This document shows positions 44,140 to 53,402 of a DNA stretch of 64,000 nt, piece by piece. A program made the position numbers and the translations under genes. Source of the DNA: a virus. Numbering within the stretch: the first letter of the stretch is position 1; each line of letters opens with the position of its first letter. Location of the stretch: positions 1-64,000 of the IMG/VR virus record IMGVR_UViG_3300032180_000007; one strand, 5' to 3'. The notes under the pieces are model-generated. The model saw only the letters and a list, made by a program, of their open reading frames with translations, did no database searches and had not been told where the DNA came from.

Positions 44140-45638
44140 CTAGTACCTCCGTTCGGTTTCACCGGTTCTACATCCGCATCAATCAGGTCTTTTGCGTCAT
44201 CTGGGATGTAAGGATTCTTTCTCCACCACTCGGCGCCTTCCTCTTTGTCCTTCTTTGTTGGGCGTGCTTTCAAGAATCGCTTGTTATTAACTGATTCTGG
44301 TTCCGGTAAGCCAAGATCGAATGGACTGCCAGCGGCGCTCACATCGGCAAAGAAAACATCGTCACGTACAGGATCAGGCTTATAACCGATTGCCTCTCTA
44401 TACTCACCTCGCGTAATTCCATTCGCCTGCCACTGCTCGGTTGCGATCTTTGAGTCAGCCGCCTTGTCTCGTTGCATTGGCGGTGTCTGGCTATAGTCCC
44501 ATCTAACCTCAAGATCATCCGTGAACCCAAACTCACCAAGCAGATTTTTCTTGAGGGCTCTGGCAATCCTGCTATGCAGAGGAACGATATAACTTCGGTA
44601 GTCGTTCGCAAGGTACTGACGCACATTATCGAATGTGTCTCGCGTCTCACCAGTCCAGTTGAGACTTATAGGCGAGATGCCCATCACTGAGCAGAACAAT
44701 TCCTGCGGGACCTTGCGAATCTCACGGAAGCCAAATCCCGAATAGTCGTAGCCGAGCTTCTCAGCCCGCGCCCTTCCGGAAATGACAAGCGGCTCGCCGG
44801 CAGAGTCACCGGTCATCTTTCTGACAAGCTCCTCCTTAATAGCAGAGGTACTGCCCGTGAACGGCGTATTGCTGTCCCCGAGCGAGACGACTAGCGGCGG
44901 CACAAGACCATTCCTGAGAAGCACGGCCATCAACCCCGATGCTTGCTGATCTGTGTAGAATTCACGAAGCAGGCAGGACATACGGCTCATCCCGCATCGC
45001 GTATCCATGTCTATCCCGTATCGAATTGCGATTACGTTGTCGGGATGCACCTTAACATATTGACCGTTACGATAAATCTCGTAGTAAGAAATGAACTCGG
45101 TGCCGTTCTGCGGCCAGCGCGGGCGAATCGACCAGTGAGGTTCCCACCATAATTCACGCACACGTCCCGCCGTGCTCATAAGATCGCCTGAGCCAGTGCG
45201 AATCTTGAGGATGTAGGCCGTAGCAAAGGTGAGCCAGCTTAAGGCGATTCCATCAAGCAGTGTGCTTGAGTCGTAATACTCGTTGGGCTCATTCCATAGA
45301 TCGATCAGTGGGCTGTCTTCAACCTCAGTCTCTTTGCGGTCACTGCCAATCTCAACAACCTGAAGCCTGGCAGAATTCAAGTTGCGCTCAACCCAGCCTA
45401 CACCGGACATCACGAGAGATGAGAGGCGCAGGTCTCCCACTTCAGCCGAATAATCAATTCGAGAGTTGGCGAATCTCCACGGCCAGATAGGAGCGCCGGA
45501 CTGTGATTGACCTATCCAGCCAGAGAACCAATTCGAGAAAGTCAGCTTGGCCTTTAGCGCAAGGAAACGAGGAATGCTTAGCTCGTGAACACGGTCAAGC
45601 GATTGAGTCTTGGCTTTAACTGAGGTGAAGAATTTCAT
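44136..45638 (-). CDS. portal protein
   Basis: 500-aa ORF downstream of the large terminase. Typical size and position. Confidence 0.8.
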   Translation of the reverse strand: MKFFTSVKAKTQSLDRVHELSIPRFLALKAKLTFSNWFSGWIGQSQSGAPIWPWRFANSRIDYSAEVGDLRLSSLVMSGVGWVERNLNSARLQVVEIGSDRKETEVEDSPLIDLWNEPNEYYDSSTLLDGIALSWLTFATAYILKIRTGSGDLMSTAGRVRELWWEPHWSIRPRWPQNGTEFISYYEIYRNGQYVKVHPDNVIAIRYGIDMDTRCGMSRMSCLLREFYTDQQASGLMAVLLRNGLVPPLVVSLGDSNTPFTGSTSAIKEELVRKMTGDSAGEPLVISGRARAEKLGYDYSGFGFREIRKVPQELFCSVMGISPISLNWTGETRDTFDNVRQYLANDYRSYIVPLHSRIARALKKNLLGEFGFTDDLEVRWDYSQTPPMQRDKAADSKIATEQWQANGITRGEYREAIGYKPDPVRDDVFFADVSAAGSPFDLGLPEPESVNNKRFLKARPTKKDKEEGAEWWRKNPYIPDDAKDLIDADVEPVKPNGGTR

Positions 45639-45949
45639 TAGTCCGGTTGGTTCATCCAGGCTTCCACAGCATTACACATTGTATCGGCTTCGTCATTTCC
45701 TGGCGTCTTCAATGATTTCAAATCGAACTTAATAGCAATGTCCGTTGTCCCGTTTGATAGCTTGATGATGTTGGGAGGCAGATTGCTATTAAAGACCACT
45801 GGAAAATCGAAGAGCGTCGGCGGGGTAGGATCATCACGCTCTTGACGCTGTGCAGCAAACGTACCTGTGTTCGACGTTTCCGCAAGACGGATATCGGTAA
45901 CATCGTTGCCCGCTACATCATACAGTCGAACAAGTCTAAGTGATTCCAT
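45638..45949 (-). CDS. hypothetical protein
   Basis: 103-aa ORF between terminase and portal. Confidence 0.6.
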   Translation of the reverse strand: MESLRLVRLYDVAGNDVTDIRLAETSNTGTFAAQRQERDDPTPPTLFDFPVVFNSNLPPNIIKLSNGTTDIAIKFDLKSLKTPGNDEADTMCNAVEAWMNQPD

Positions 45950-46016
45950 CGTCGCTTCCTTTCACGCGGAGTATAAACCCTACTAACCCTACATAGAAAG
46001 CAGAATCTTTCGATAC

Positions 46017-47561
46017 CTATGCCCAATCCCAGCTATTCAGGAGCCGCTTCAATGCCTGAGTCATAGCATCCTGCTCATCATCGTAATCAGCGTAGGGAAA
46101 CATACACGTTCGTTGAATGAACGGCTCTACCCACCAGTACAGATCAGGGTGAGGTAGATAAACATTCCCTGATTGAATCTCCGGACTTGCGGCGTACATA
46201 CGCGCGATCTTTCCCCCATCAGCGGGGAGCGCTATCAATCCACTGACCTTGTGATTTAAACTACTCGCAACCGCAGAGCCGTTCGCCGCCTTTTCAATAA
46301 TCTTTGCGATTGCATTCGGGTAGTCTCTGCACATCGCCTGTACTTGTTCACATGTCGCAGCGAAATCCCATTGACCGCGCCTCTGATTGATCAGGAATTT
46401 ATCGGCTGCAAGCTTTCCCCATACCTGGCCGGCAACAAAATCAGGATTACCACTCTTAGAGGACTGGACATCGTCAAAACTCATATCCCAACTCTGAATC
46501 ATTTCATCAAATCGGTCAGGTAACACCACGGCTTGATAATCCTTGAATGTTCCGTCTAGTTGTTCGACCTTAACCAGACGGAGATTTGAATCCTTAAACT
46601 GCCAATATCGAAACCAGTGTCGTTTGATAATTCCACCGCCTGGTGGCGCGGGCTGCTGCTGGAGTTGGCCGGACGCTCCGTACACTCCAAGAATGGTTTC
46701 CATGCTTTGTACGGCTGATGCGTTGAACCGATCGGGACATAACAACTCTCCCGCATTCTCACGTGGGTCTTTGAAACCAATAGACGTGAAGCACCGCCGC
46801 TTAGGGTCAAGCTTCATTGGCAACATCAGATGTTCGTACCCACCCAGTTTCTCGAGATAAAACCCGCTCACATCTTCCTGATGTAGTCTCTGCATGATTA
46901 CTACCTCTGGAGCGTCGGCTGATGAACCACGCAACGCCCAGGTTCCCTTTACCCAATCTATGACACCGTGTCTGATCGTATCGGATTCTGCCTCTTCGAT
47001 ATTATGAGGATCATCAAGAATACGAATATGGGCGCGCTCGCCGGTGGCACCGCCAACGGAGGCAGCTATGCGAAACCCTCTATGATCATTCGTATAGCTA
47101 GTCTTCTGATTCTGATCGGATGTGAGGACGAAGCTACTTCCCCAACGATCTTGGAACCACTTAGACTGGATGAGCCAGCGAGATTTTACTGCGTCACGAG
47201 TCGAAAGAGGCATAGCATAACTCGCAGTCAGGAACCGACGCCACGGATTGTGTATCCAATCAAAAACCGGCCAATACACGGACCAACATAACGATTTCAT
47301 CAGTCCTGGAGGGACATTTACGACTAGCTTAGTGAGTTGGCCCTTGCTGATTGCCTCAGCGTGCTCGCACATCGCTTCTATGTGCCAAGACTTGATGTAT
47401 GCGGTCGCTGGCTCAAGCACGTGCCAGCCCTGAAGAATAAATTCTGAGAGGCTCCGCTCCGCAGCCTCCTTGCTCTCTAAAAAACTCGCGTGGTCAGATT
47501 GTTGGGATTTCGCAATGTGGTAGGCAGTGACTTCCGAACCAATGATGTGCAGGATGTTCAT
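46017..47561 (-). CDS. terL: terminase large subunit
   Basis: Walker-A-like VPPGLMKS, Walker-B-like RILDDPH. 514 aa. Confidence 0.85.
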   Translation of the reverse strand: MNILHIIGSEVTAYHIAKSQQSDHASFLESKEAAERSLSEFILQGWHVLEPATAYIKSWHIEAMCEHAEAISKGQLTKLVVNVPPGLMKSLCWSVYWPVFDWIHNPWRRFLTASYAMPLSTRDAVKSRWLIQSKWFQDRWGSSFVLTSDQNQKTSYTNDHRGFRIAASVGGATGERAHIRILDDPHNIEEAESDTIRHGVIDWVKGTWALRGSSADAPEVVIMQRLHQEDVSGFYLEKLGGYEHLMLPMKLDPKRRCFTSIGFKDPRENAGELLCPDRFNASAVQSMETILGVYGASGQLQQQPAPPGGGIIKRHWFRYWQFKDSNLRLVKVEQLDGTFKDYQAVVLPDRFDEMIQSWDMSFDDVQSSKSGNPDFVAGQVWGKLAADKFLINQRRGQWDFAATCEQVQAMCRDYPNAIAKIIEKAANGSAVASSLNHKVSGLIALPADGGKIARMYAASPEIQSGNVYLPHPDLYWWVEPFIQRTCMFPYADYDDEQDAMTQALKRLLNSWDWA

Positions 47562-47860
47562 TGCGTTTTTAGCTTCTGACTTAGCAACTCCTCTTGAACA
47601 ATTCGTGCTGCCTGCTCGTAATCAAGGTCACCAGAGTCACGCCATTCAATAACTCGCCATGCCTCACGCAACTCTCGTGTCTTAGTTTCTACTAGTTCTC
47701 TGAAATCTTCTAGATAAGAGGCCAGTTCTTGTGTACGGTCTGCTAGATTTAGAGCACCTACACCCTTGAGCGCCGTAGCCATGCGAGCTAATTGCTTCTC
47801 ATACCTGAGAAGGTCTTCTCCGTCCTGATGACACATATGACGATAGCTTCCACCGCTCAT
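47558..47860 (-). CDS. hypothetical protein
   Basis: 100-aa ORF with ATGA coupling on both sides. Confidence 0.6.
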   Translation of the reverse strand: MSGGSYRHMCHQDGEDLLRYEKQLARMATALKGVGALNLADRTQELASYLEDFRELVETKTRELREAWRVIEWRDSGDLDYEQAARIVQEELLSQKLKTQ

Positions 47861-48516
47861 TCTCCAAGCCCCTCCAAATCTGTTTCCTCGAAGCCAAGCC
47901 CGCGAAGTTTCTCCATGGTTTCCTTGTGGGAGAGTCCTGCCTCACGAGATTTCTTGTAGCAGACTTTTGCGATTAGCACTGGGTCCGCAGGAATTGATTG
48001 AGTTTGTATCGGGCCACCTTCGGGACCGCTCAACTCTTGCACTTGTTTGTTGTATTGTGGGAAGCGCATTTTGATCAGCGCTTCCGCCGCTCGCCAGTCT
48101 CCATTCTCATAGCCAATGATCTTTCCGTCCTCGTCAAGAATGGGTTTTCCACGGCCCGCAGACTGTATGATATGGAGGTTTTGAGCGAGTCCAGAATAGG
48201 CTGCTTCATGCACCTTGTTGAAGAATTGGACATAGGGATTGCCGTCACCTATCAGCTCTTCTGGTATATGAAACTCCTGTCCGCGAGTCGGTAGCTGTAT
48301 TTGATGTTCCTTGAGAATATTCTCAGCCGTTCTCATCCAGGCGCGAAAAGTATCGTAGCTGATTCCGCTTGCGGCACAAGCATCGTGATACTTCATTCCA
48401 ACACGAATATTTTTGATCAGCTTCTCGACGATGGGAGTTTGAAATAGTGAAGGCCGGCCTACCTTTCTTGTCGGTCTGCGATCATGCGCCACAAGAGGTT
48501 TTTTAGATTTCGGCAT
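47857..48516 (-). CDS. terS: terminase small subunit candidate
   Basis: N-terminal basic region plus HTH-like VGMKYHDACAASGISYDTFRAW. Sits upstream of terL. Confidence 0.65.
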   Translation of the reverse strand: MPKSKKPLVAHDRRPTRKVGRPSLFQTPIVEKLIKNIRVGMKYHDACAASGISYDTFRAWMRTAENILKEHQIQLPTRGQEFHIPEELIGDGNPYVQFFNKVHEAAYSGLAQNLHIIQSAGRGKPILDEDGKIIGYENGDWRAAEALIKMRFPQYNKQVQELSGPEGGPIQTQSIPADPVLIAKVCYKKSREAGLSHKETMEKLRGLGFEETDLEGLGE

Positions 48517-48532
48517 TGCGTTCTATTGTACT

Positions 48533-48910
48533 TCAGAAGTCAACTGGACGAGCCTTGTTGACTGCACACCGAGCATAAATAGCTACGGCGTTCTGATTCC
48601 TAACAAACGAATCACCCTCATTAGGATCAATAATCAATATGGGGTACTGACGCCAATAAATCGTGAGTCCGTCAGGATCATTACCAAATCGGTCAGTAAA
48701 GGCAGCATACCATTTGCCAAATAAATCAACACAATCAATTGGCTGATTTATATCGAAATGCTGAACAGGAGATTTGATCATCTCTATCAGCCATTGTCCA
48801 CTACCCGAATAAACAATATCTGACGCTATGTGTACGAAGGATTGATTCCATTGTTTCAGTTGGGGTATGTCAATGAGTACCTCGATTCTATGGTTCATAC
48901 TAACTCCCAA
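48533..48910 (-). CDS. hypothetical protein
   Basis: 125-aa ORF. Confidence 0.6.
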   Translation of the reverse strand: MGVSMNHRIEVLIDIPQLKQWNQSFVHIASDIVYSGSGQWLIEMIKSPVQHFDINQPIDCVDLFGKWYAAFTDRFGNDPDGLTIYWRQYPILIIDPNEGDSFVRNQNAVAIYARCAVNKARPVDF

Positions 48911-48921
48911 GACTCGATCAG

Positions 48922-49146
48922 TTATTGATTGCGATACTTCGCGAAGTTCTGAGCGGCCCAGACCAAATACTCTTCAAGCTCTCGTATCAATTTTGTCTCG
49001 ATTATATGATCAGATGAGTTGTTGATCACAGGCTGAACTATCTTCACGCCTTTGATCATCCTGATCGCATTCAAGAGATACTCCGCGTCATCTATGCGAA
49101 TCTCGCGATCAAAGATCACAGTGCAACCGTTGATTCTATCGGTCAT
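48922..49146 (-). CDS. hypothetical protein
   Basis: 74-aa ORF, the first after the terminator. Confidence 0.6.
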   Translation of the reverse strand: MTDRINGCTVIFDREIRIDDAEYLLNAIRMIKGVKIVQPVINNSSDHIIETKLIRELEEYLVWAAQNFAKYRNQ

Positions 49147-49169
49147 TTTTCTAAATCTCCTTTAGATAA

Positions 49170-49215
49170 CAAAAATAGGGGCGGGTGCTGTCCCTGACAC
49201 CCGCCCTCTTTGTTG
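49170..49215. terminator. bidirectional intrinsic terminator
   Basis: GGGCGGGTG 49179-49187 pairs with CACCCGCCC 49198-49206. T-rich tracts flank it on both strands. Confidence 0.7.
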
Positions 49216-49355
49216 CGGCCGTTAGGATAAAGAAAAGGAGTTGATGCTCAGATAATATCATGCTGTGCAAGTCCCCATTTCGGGGTGTCCTATTCACTCA
49301 GAACAACACCGAGTAGCCAGAGTACTAAGAGTAGCAGTGTGTCCATCCCGCAAGA

Positions 49356-49934
49356 CTACTCTTTCTGTTTGATCGGCGCAAACGGGGGCGTCGATCCCGG
49401 TGAATCGCTGGGCAGCGTCTCGTCTGGGTGCTCCTGTCTGTACAAGCGCCGCTCCTTCCGGCTAATCACGCCATCCTCGTTCGTATCAGCAGGATGAACC
49501 TGCTGCTTCTCTGGCTCAGTCGGTGTGACCGGCTCGGCTTGCGGAGGCGAGCCCCCTGGTGCATTCGTCCCCCATTCGGGGGGCGGCTCTATACCAGTGA
49601 ATGCCGCTATTCGTTTACGCTCAGCCGCTGCCAACTCCGAGTGAGGGTCTCTCGTCTGCTCCTCTTCAACGTATAGCAAGCCGTGCGGCATGCGACCTAA
49701 CGACCAATCTTCCCCGGCCCAACCGGGGTTCAGCCGGGTCAGTGCTGGAGTATTACCCGCCCCGGCAAGAATCACCTCCTCAACTCGGTGGCCCTTCGCG
49801 TCCGAATCCACTTGCTGATCGCGGATTACATGGATAACAACCGCGCTCGGCGTCCCGTCTTCCGCGAATCTGTGGATCGTGGCAGGGTTTGTGCGCCCAT
49901 CGAAAAACACCCAAATATTTTGTTTAGTTGACAT
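49356..49934 (-). CDS. hypothetical protein with EF-hand-like loop
   Basis: 192 aa. DTNEDGVISRKE matches the DxNxDGxIxxxE calcium-loop spacing. Pro-rich linker. Confidence 0.65.
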   Translation of the reverse strand: MSTKQNIWVFFDGRTNPATIHRFAEDGTPSAVVIHVIRDQQVDSDAKGHRVEEVILAGAGNTPALTRLNPGWAGEDWSLGRMPHGLLYVEEEQTRDPHSELAAAERKRIAAFTGIEPPPEWGTNAPGGSPPQAEPVTPTEPEKQQVHPADTNEDGVISRKERRLYRQEHPDETLPSDSPGSTPPFAPIKQKE

Positions 49935-49945
49935 GGTTTCTCCGT

Positions 49946-49960
49946 TTTACTTCGTAGAAA
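49946..49960 (-). repeat. junction motif copy (variant TTTCTACGAAGTAAA)
   Basis: On the minus strand upstream of GGAG and ATG 49934. Confidence 0.7.
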
Positions 49961-49966
49961 AAATTC

Positions 49967-50341
49967 TTATACGTCAATTCCGTTCTTCTTCAGCAACTCC
50001 CGGAACTCCTGCCACTCCTTCTTGTCGTATCGGTCTTGACCTACCGCTTTCGTCCAGAGTGAATGAAAAATATCGTTAAGCTTCCTATGATTACAACTTG
50101 ACCTTCCATTAATAAGCAGTTGCATCTCGGCCAACTTTAGCAGGGCCAAATCGGATAGCGGAACTAATGCCAATGTTTGACGATCAGATATCTGCGCTTG
50201 GTCACCCTCAATGGAAATGATCTTTTGGATTACACTGTGCCCCTTAGCAATGACCAGGTCGCCAACACTCAAGGAGTTTCTATCAGTTTCCCGATATGCA
50301 AAATTGATGGCTGCTTCAATTGCTCTCTTCTCATCTGTCAT
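49967..50341 (-). CDS. hypothetical protein
   Basis: 124-aa ORF. Confidence 0.65.
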   Translation of the reverse strand: MTDEKRAIEAAINFAYRETDRNSLSVGDLVIAKGHSVIQKIISIEGDQAQISDRQTLALVPLSDLALLKLAEMQLLINGRSSCNHRKLNDIFHSLWTKAVGQDRYDKKEWQEFRELLKKNGIDV

Positions 50342-50352
50342 AGGATCACCGG

Positions 50353-50511
50353 CTACTCATTTCTTTCCAGGCCCGAACTGACTTTGTGAATCTCTCCTTG
50401 AACAGTCTGCCCGACGTTCGCGTTGACCAGATAATTACTGACCAACTCTGGCGCAAGACTGGACTGCAATTCTACAGAGGACTCATCATCCTCAATAACG
50501 ATTTTTGTCAT
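50353..50511 (-). CDS. micro-protein (52 aa)
   Basis: ATGA overlap with the upstream stop. Below the track cutoff. Confidence 0.45.
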   Translation of the reverse strand: MTKIVIEDDESSVELQSSLAPELVSNYLVNANVGQTVQGEIHKVSSGLERNE

Positions 50512-50846
50512 TTCTTCTTCGCATCCTTCCGTTTGCGGATTGGCTTGCGCCAGGATTCTATTATAGTCTTGCAGGCTGGACAGTTCTTGACATCATTAGT
50601 CGCGGGACCAGGATTCGAACCTGGACGGCCTGTTTCAGCCACCGCCCCTGTCGAGGCACCCTCCGCTTGCCCCGGCACGGGCGGCGAGTCTTCCATTCCT
50701 CCATCCCGCGCGTATTCCCGACAGATTCTCTCCAGTGCCGGCGTCCGCCCGACTCGCCATTCAGTAGCCATTGTGTCTACGATGTGTAACACATCTTCTG
50801 CGAGCCTGAAATGGATTGACTGTTTCACGTGCCACATCGTAGTCAC
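50508..50846 (-). CDS. hypothetical protein (contains tRNA-like nucleotide element)
   Basis: 112-aa ORF with no clear RBS. The middle is low-complexity and coincides with a T-arm-like sequence. Confidence 0.45.
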   Translation of the reverse strand: MTTMWHVKQSIHFRLAEDVLHIVDTMATEWRVGRTPALERICREYARDGGMEDSPPVPGQAEGASTGAVAETGRPGSNPGPATNDVKNCPACKTIIESWRKPIRKRKDAKKK

Positions 50847-50929
50847 ATCGTGTCAAGATGTCAATCACCTTAGACACTTTTCTCCTTAAGTAATTTTTGA
50901 ATGATTACCTTTGATTACATCGCTTACAA

Positions 50930-51436
50930 CTAGAACCTCGACAGTGCGTCTGCTTTCTTTAACACCCTTTTGGCTAATCGCCGAGCGCGTTTTTGCCGCT
51001 GGTGCCGCTCCATATCTTCTTGACGCGCCTGGACCTTTGCCAAGTGCGCATTCTTTGTTGTTACCGAGTCCTTGTCAAGATACTCATCAACAATCATTGT
51101 GCCTTTTGCCATGTTTATTGTTGCTTCTATAACGTGTAGATTCCAGGGGACGTGCAGGCCGCAAACACCATCTCCTTTCAGAGGAATGATATGATCAACG
51201 TGATATTGTTTCCGCGCCCGGCCGTATGCTGTGCTGAAGTGGTTTTTGATCTGCGCCCTCATATAAATACGAATGAGTAATTTCTTATATTTCCACCTAC
51301 ATTTTGCCCATTTGGGACAAGCTCGCCCAACTCGTTTAAGAGATAAGTGATAAACGACCAAAGCTTGTTTCTCTAATTCTGCTTTTAATTCTGGATGTAA
51401 GTTATCCCTCATAAATTCCTCTCTTCTCGCGGACAT
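50930..51436 (-). CDS. HNH endonuclease
   Basis: HVDHIIPLKGDGVCGLHVPWNLHVIEATINMAKG gives the H-N-H core. It lies upstream of the terminase genes. Confidence 0.85.
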   Translation of the reverse strand: MSARREEFMRDNLHPELKAELEKQALVVYHLSLKRVGRACPKWAKCRWKYKKLLIRIYMRAQIKNHFSTAYGRARKQYHVDHIIPLKGDGVCGLHVPWNLHVIEATINMAKGTMIVDEYLDKDSVTTKNAHLAKVQARQEDMERHQRQKRARRLAKRVLKKADALSRF

Positions 51437-51595
51437 TTAACCATAAATTGCTTTAAGATGTGCCGGCGCAAAGGGCAACTCGCTCACGTGTACGCCAGTG
51501 CCAGAACAACCATGATGTTTCCCGTGTGAAACGATATGTCCGCCTCTAGATAGGTTGATCTTCCTTTCACACACGGGACAATAAAGCCATCTCAT
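51437..51595 (-). CDS. zinc-ribbon micro-protein (52 aa)
   Basis: CPVC..HGKHHGCSG. Its stop abuts the HNH ATG. Below the track cutoff. Confidence 0.5.
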   Translation of the reverse strand: MRWLYCPVCERKINLSRGGHIVSHGKHHGCSGTGVHVSELPFAPAHLKAIYG

Positions 51596-51758
51596 ATATA
51601 AAGGCAAAATCTTGTATCGTGGCTTTGGAGCGCATTTATCAATCTCCTTCGGATGTCGGGATAGCCGACTCAGAGAGCTGGAATCTCACAGACCATTTCC
51701 ATCTGATCGACCAAGCAGATTTGTCTCATCTCAACTCGCGTGTGCTACAATCGCCGGT

Positions 51759-51863
51759 ATGAAATCAAAGAAACCACGCCAAAGAATCGCCCCGCCCCGG
51801 CATTCGGTCTGCAAGGCCGGAGTGTTTGTTGTCAGAAAACAAAAGAGGAATAAAAAGAAATGA
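51759..51863 (+). CDS. basic micro-peptide (34 aa), doubtful
   Basis: The ATG lies 7 nt after the extended -10 TGCTACAAT (51743-51751). ATGA overlap with the next gene. Confidence 0.3.
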   Translation: MKSKKPRQRIAPPRHSVCKAGVFVVRKQKRNKKK

Positions 51864-52636
51864 TCCTTCAGGCCGCACGCGAGGCCCTCAAACTTGTCCG
51901 AGTTCAAACCGATTCGATCCTTGTGCCTTATTCATGTGGGAAAGATTCAAGTGTGGTTCTTGATCTATGTGCAGACATCTTTGATCGAGTTCAACCCTAT
52001 TATTTTTACCGGGTGCCGAACCTAGATATTGCAGAGCGAATGCTGAAGCGCGCCGAGCATCGCTACGGAGTAAGCATCATTCGTTTGCCAGCCCCCGATC
52101 TATCGGAGGTATTCAAGCACGCTCTTTTACAGCCTCACTGGGCCGCGCTTGACGAGATTCCGAAAGTCACCGGGACCGATATGGAAGATTTTATTCGCCG
52201 ACAGACTGGCATAGATTGGATTGCAAGCGGCAAACGTTGTTCAGATTCTCTTCCGAGACGTGCAATGCTCCGACAATGCGGAGGGTGTAATTTCAAGAGT
52301 CGGATTATCTACCCGATCTGGTTGTGGAATCGCCCTGACGTTCTGTCGTATCTTAGGCTGCATCGCATTCCTAAACCACCGGAGTTCGGCAGAAAAGAAC
52401 AAGGCGGGATTGATTTTCACATTGAGACATTTCGATATTTGAAGAAGTATTATCCAGAAGATTGGAAACGATACCTGGAGGTATTCCCTTATGCGGAAGC
52501 GTGCATCATTGCAGCCGATCAACGTAGAGACCGTGAGCAGACAAGCAATCAAACCTCACCCGAAGAATCCCCGTTTGATCAACGACGCAGCCCGAGCAGA
52601 ACTGGAGCGCGGTCTCGACAAGTACGGCCTGCTTGA
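51860..52636 (+). CDS. PAPS-reductase-family (PP-loop) protein
   Basis: VPYSCGKDSSVVLDL PP-loop variant. The C-terminal tail after about 52490 looks like read-through. Confidence 0.8.
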   Translation: MILQAAREALKLVRVQTDSILVPYSCGKDSSVVLDLCADIFDRVQPYYFYRVPNLDIAERMLKRAEHRYGVSIIRLPAPDLSEVFKHALLQPHWAALDEIPKVTGTDMEDFIRRQTGIDWIASGKRCSDSLPRRAMLRQCGGCNFKSRIIYPIWLWNRPDVLSYLRLHRIPKPPEFGRKEQGGIDFHIETFRYLKKYYPEDWKRYLEVFPYAEACIIAADQRRDREQTSNQTSPEESPFDQRRSPSRTGARSRQVRPA

Positions 52637-53402
52637 AACCATCACTGTTAATCGCACGACGGGATTTATTTTGTCCGGCCATCAGCGAGTCGAGTGGCTT
52701 GATCGAAAAAATAAGCACCGCGATTACGATCTGACGGTCAGCTATGTTGATATCGATCCCAGAGATGAAGTCAACGTAATGGTCCGGCTGAACAACGAGC
52801 GGGCACAAGGCGAATACGACCTTGATATGCTCCACACCTCTTTGCTTGAGGGCGAGCTTGATACCGATCTTGCAGGTATAGACGTGGTCCAGCTTGAGAC
52901 TTGGTTCCCTGATGATTCAGAACTGTCGTGGTTATTTTCTGACGCACCAGAGTCGGTCGTCAGAGATGCCGAAGTGCTGAATAAGATAGTCGAGGGACGC
53001 AAGGGAGTGCACACCAAGAGAGATAGCAGTGCCGGCGGGAACCTCGATACCGAAACTTATTTTGTGGTGGTTTTTCCTACCAGATTTGATAAGGAAAAAT
53101 TCTTGCTTTCGCGAGGAATCGCGAAGCAGGAGAGATACATTGCCTACCAGCGTTTATTCGACCAGCAAGCTTCCAATGGGACCGGGAAGAGGCCCGGCAT
53201 ACCGCGGAAGGGCGCGGGGGTATCGAGAGCAGCAGGCTCGGTCAGGAGCCAGCAGAACGGACCGCGCGCGAATGGGTCCGGTGGACACTCAGCTAACGGC
53301 AGACAGTCCCGCACCGCAGTGACGCCGAGAATGCAGCCGAAGGCCAAGTCTTCGTCGCGAGGTACTTCTATGCCCCGTTCTTCAAGAAAGGCTCGGCCTT
53401 GA
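52491..53402 (+). CDS. ParB-like nuclease-domain protein
   Basis: IKPHPKNPRL and GFILSGHQRVEW motifs. GGAGG RBS. The 3' third is low-complexity and antisense to the ASCH gene. Confidence 0.75.
   Translation: MRKRASLQPINVETVSRQAIKPHPKNPRLINDAARAELERGLDKYGLLETITVNRTTGFILSGHQRVEWLDRKNKHRDYDLTVSYVDIDPRDEVNVMVRLNNERAQGEYDLDMLHTSLLEGELDTDLAGIDVVQLETWFPDDSELSWLFSDAPESVVRDAEVLNKIVEGRKGVHTKRDSSAGGNLDTETYFVVVFPTRFDKEKFLLSRGIAKQERYIAYQRLFDQQASNGTGKRPGIPRKGAGVSRAAGSVRSQQNGPRANGSGGHSANGRQSRTAVTPRMQPKAKSSSRGTSMPRSSRKARP

Noticed and set aside
50386-50889. Plus-strand ORFs 50386-50889 and 50505-50789
   Set aside because: They oppose the surrounding minus-strand operon and lack an RBS. Their translations are Pro/Ser/Arg-rich. 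The minus-strand ORFs show ATGA coupling.
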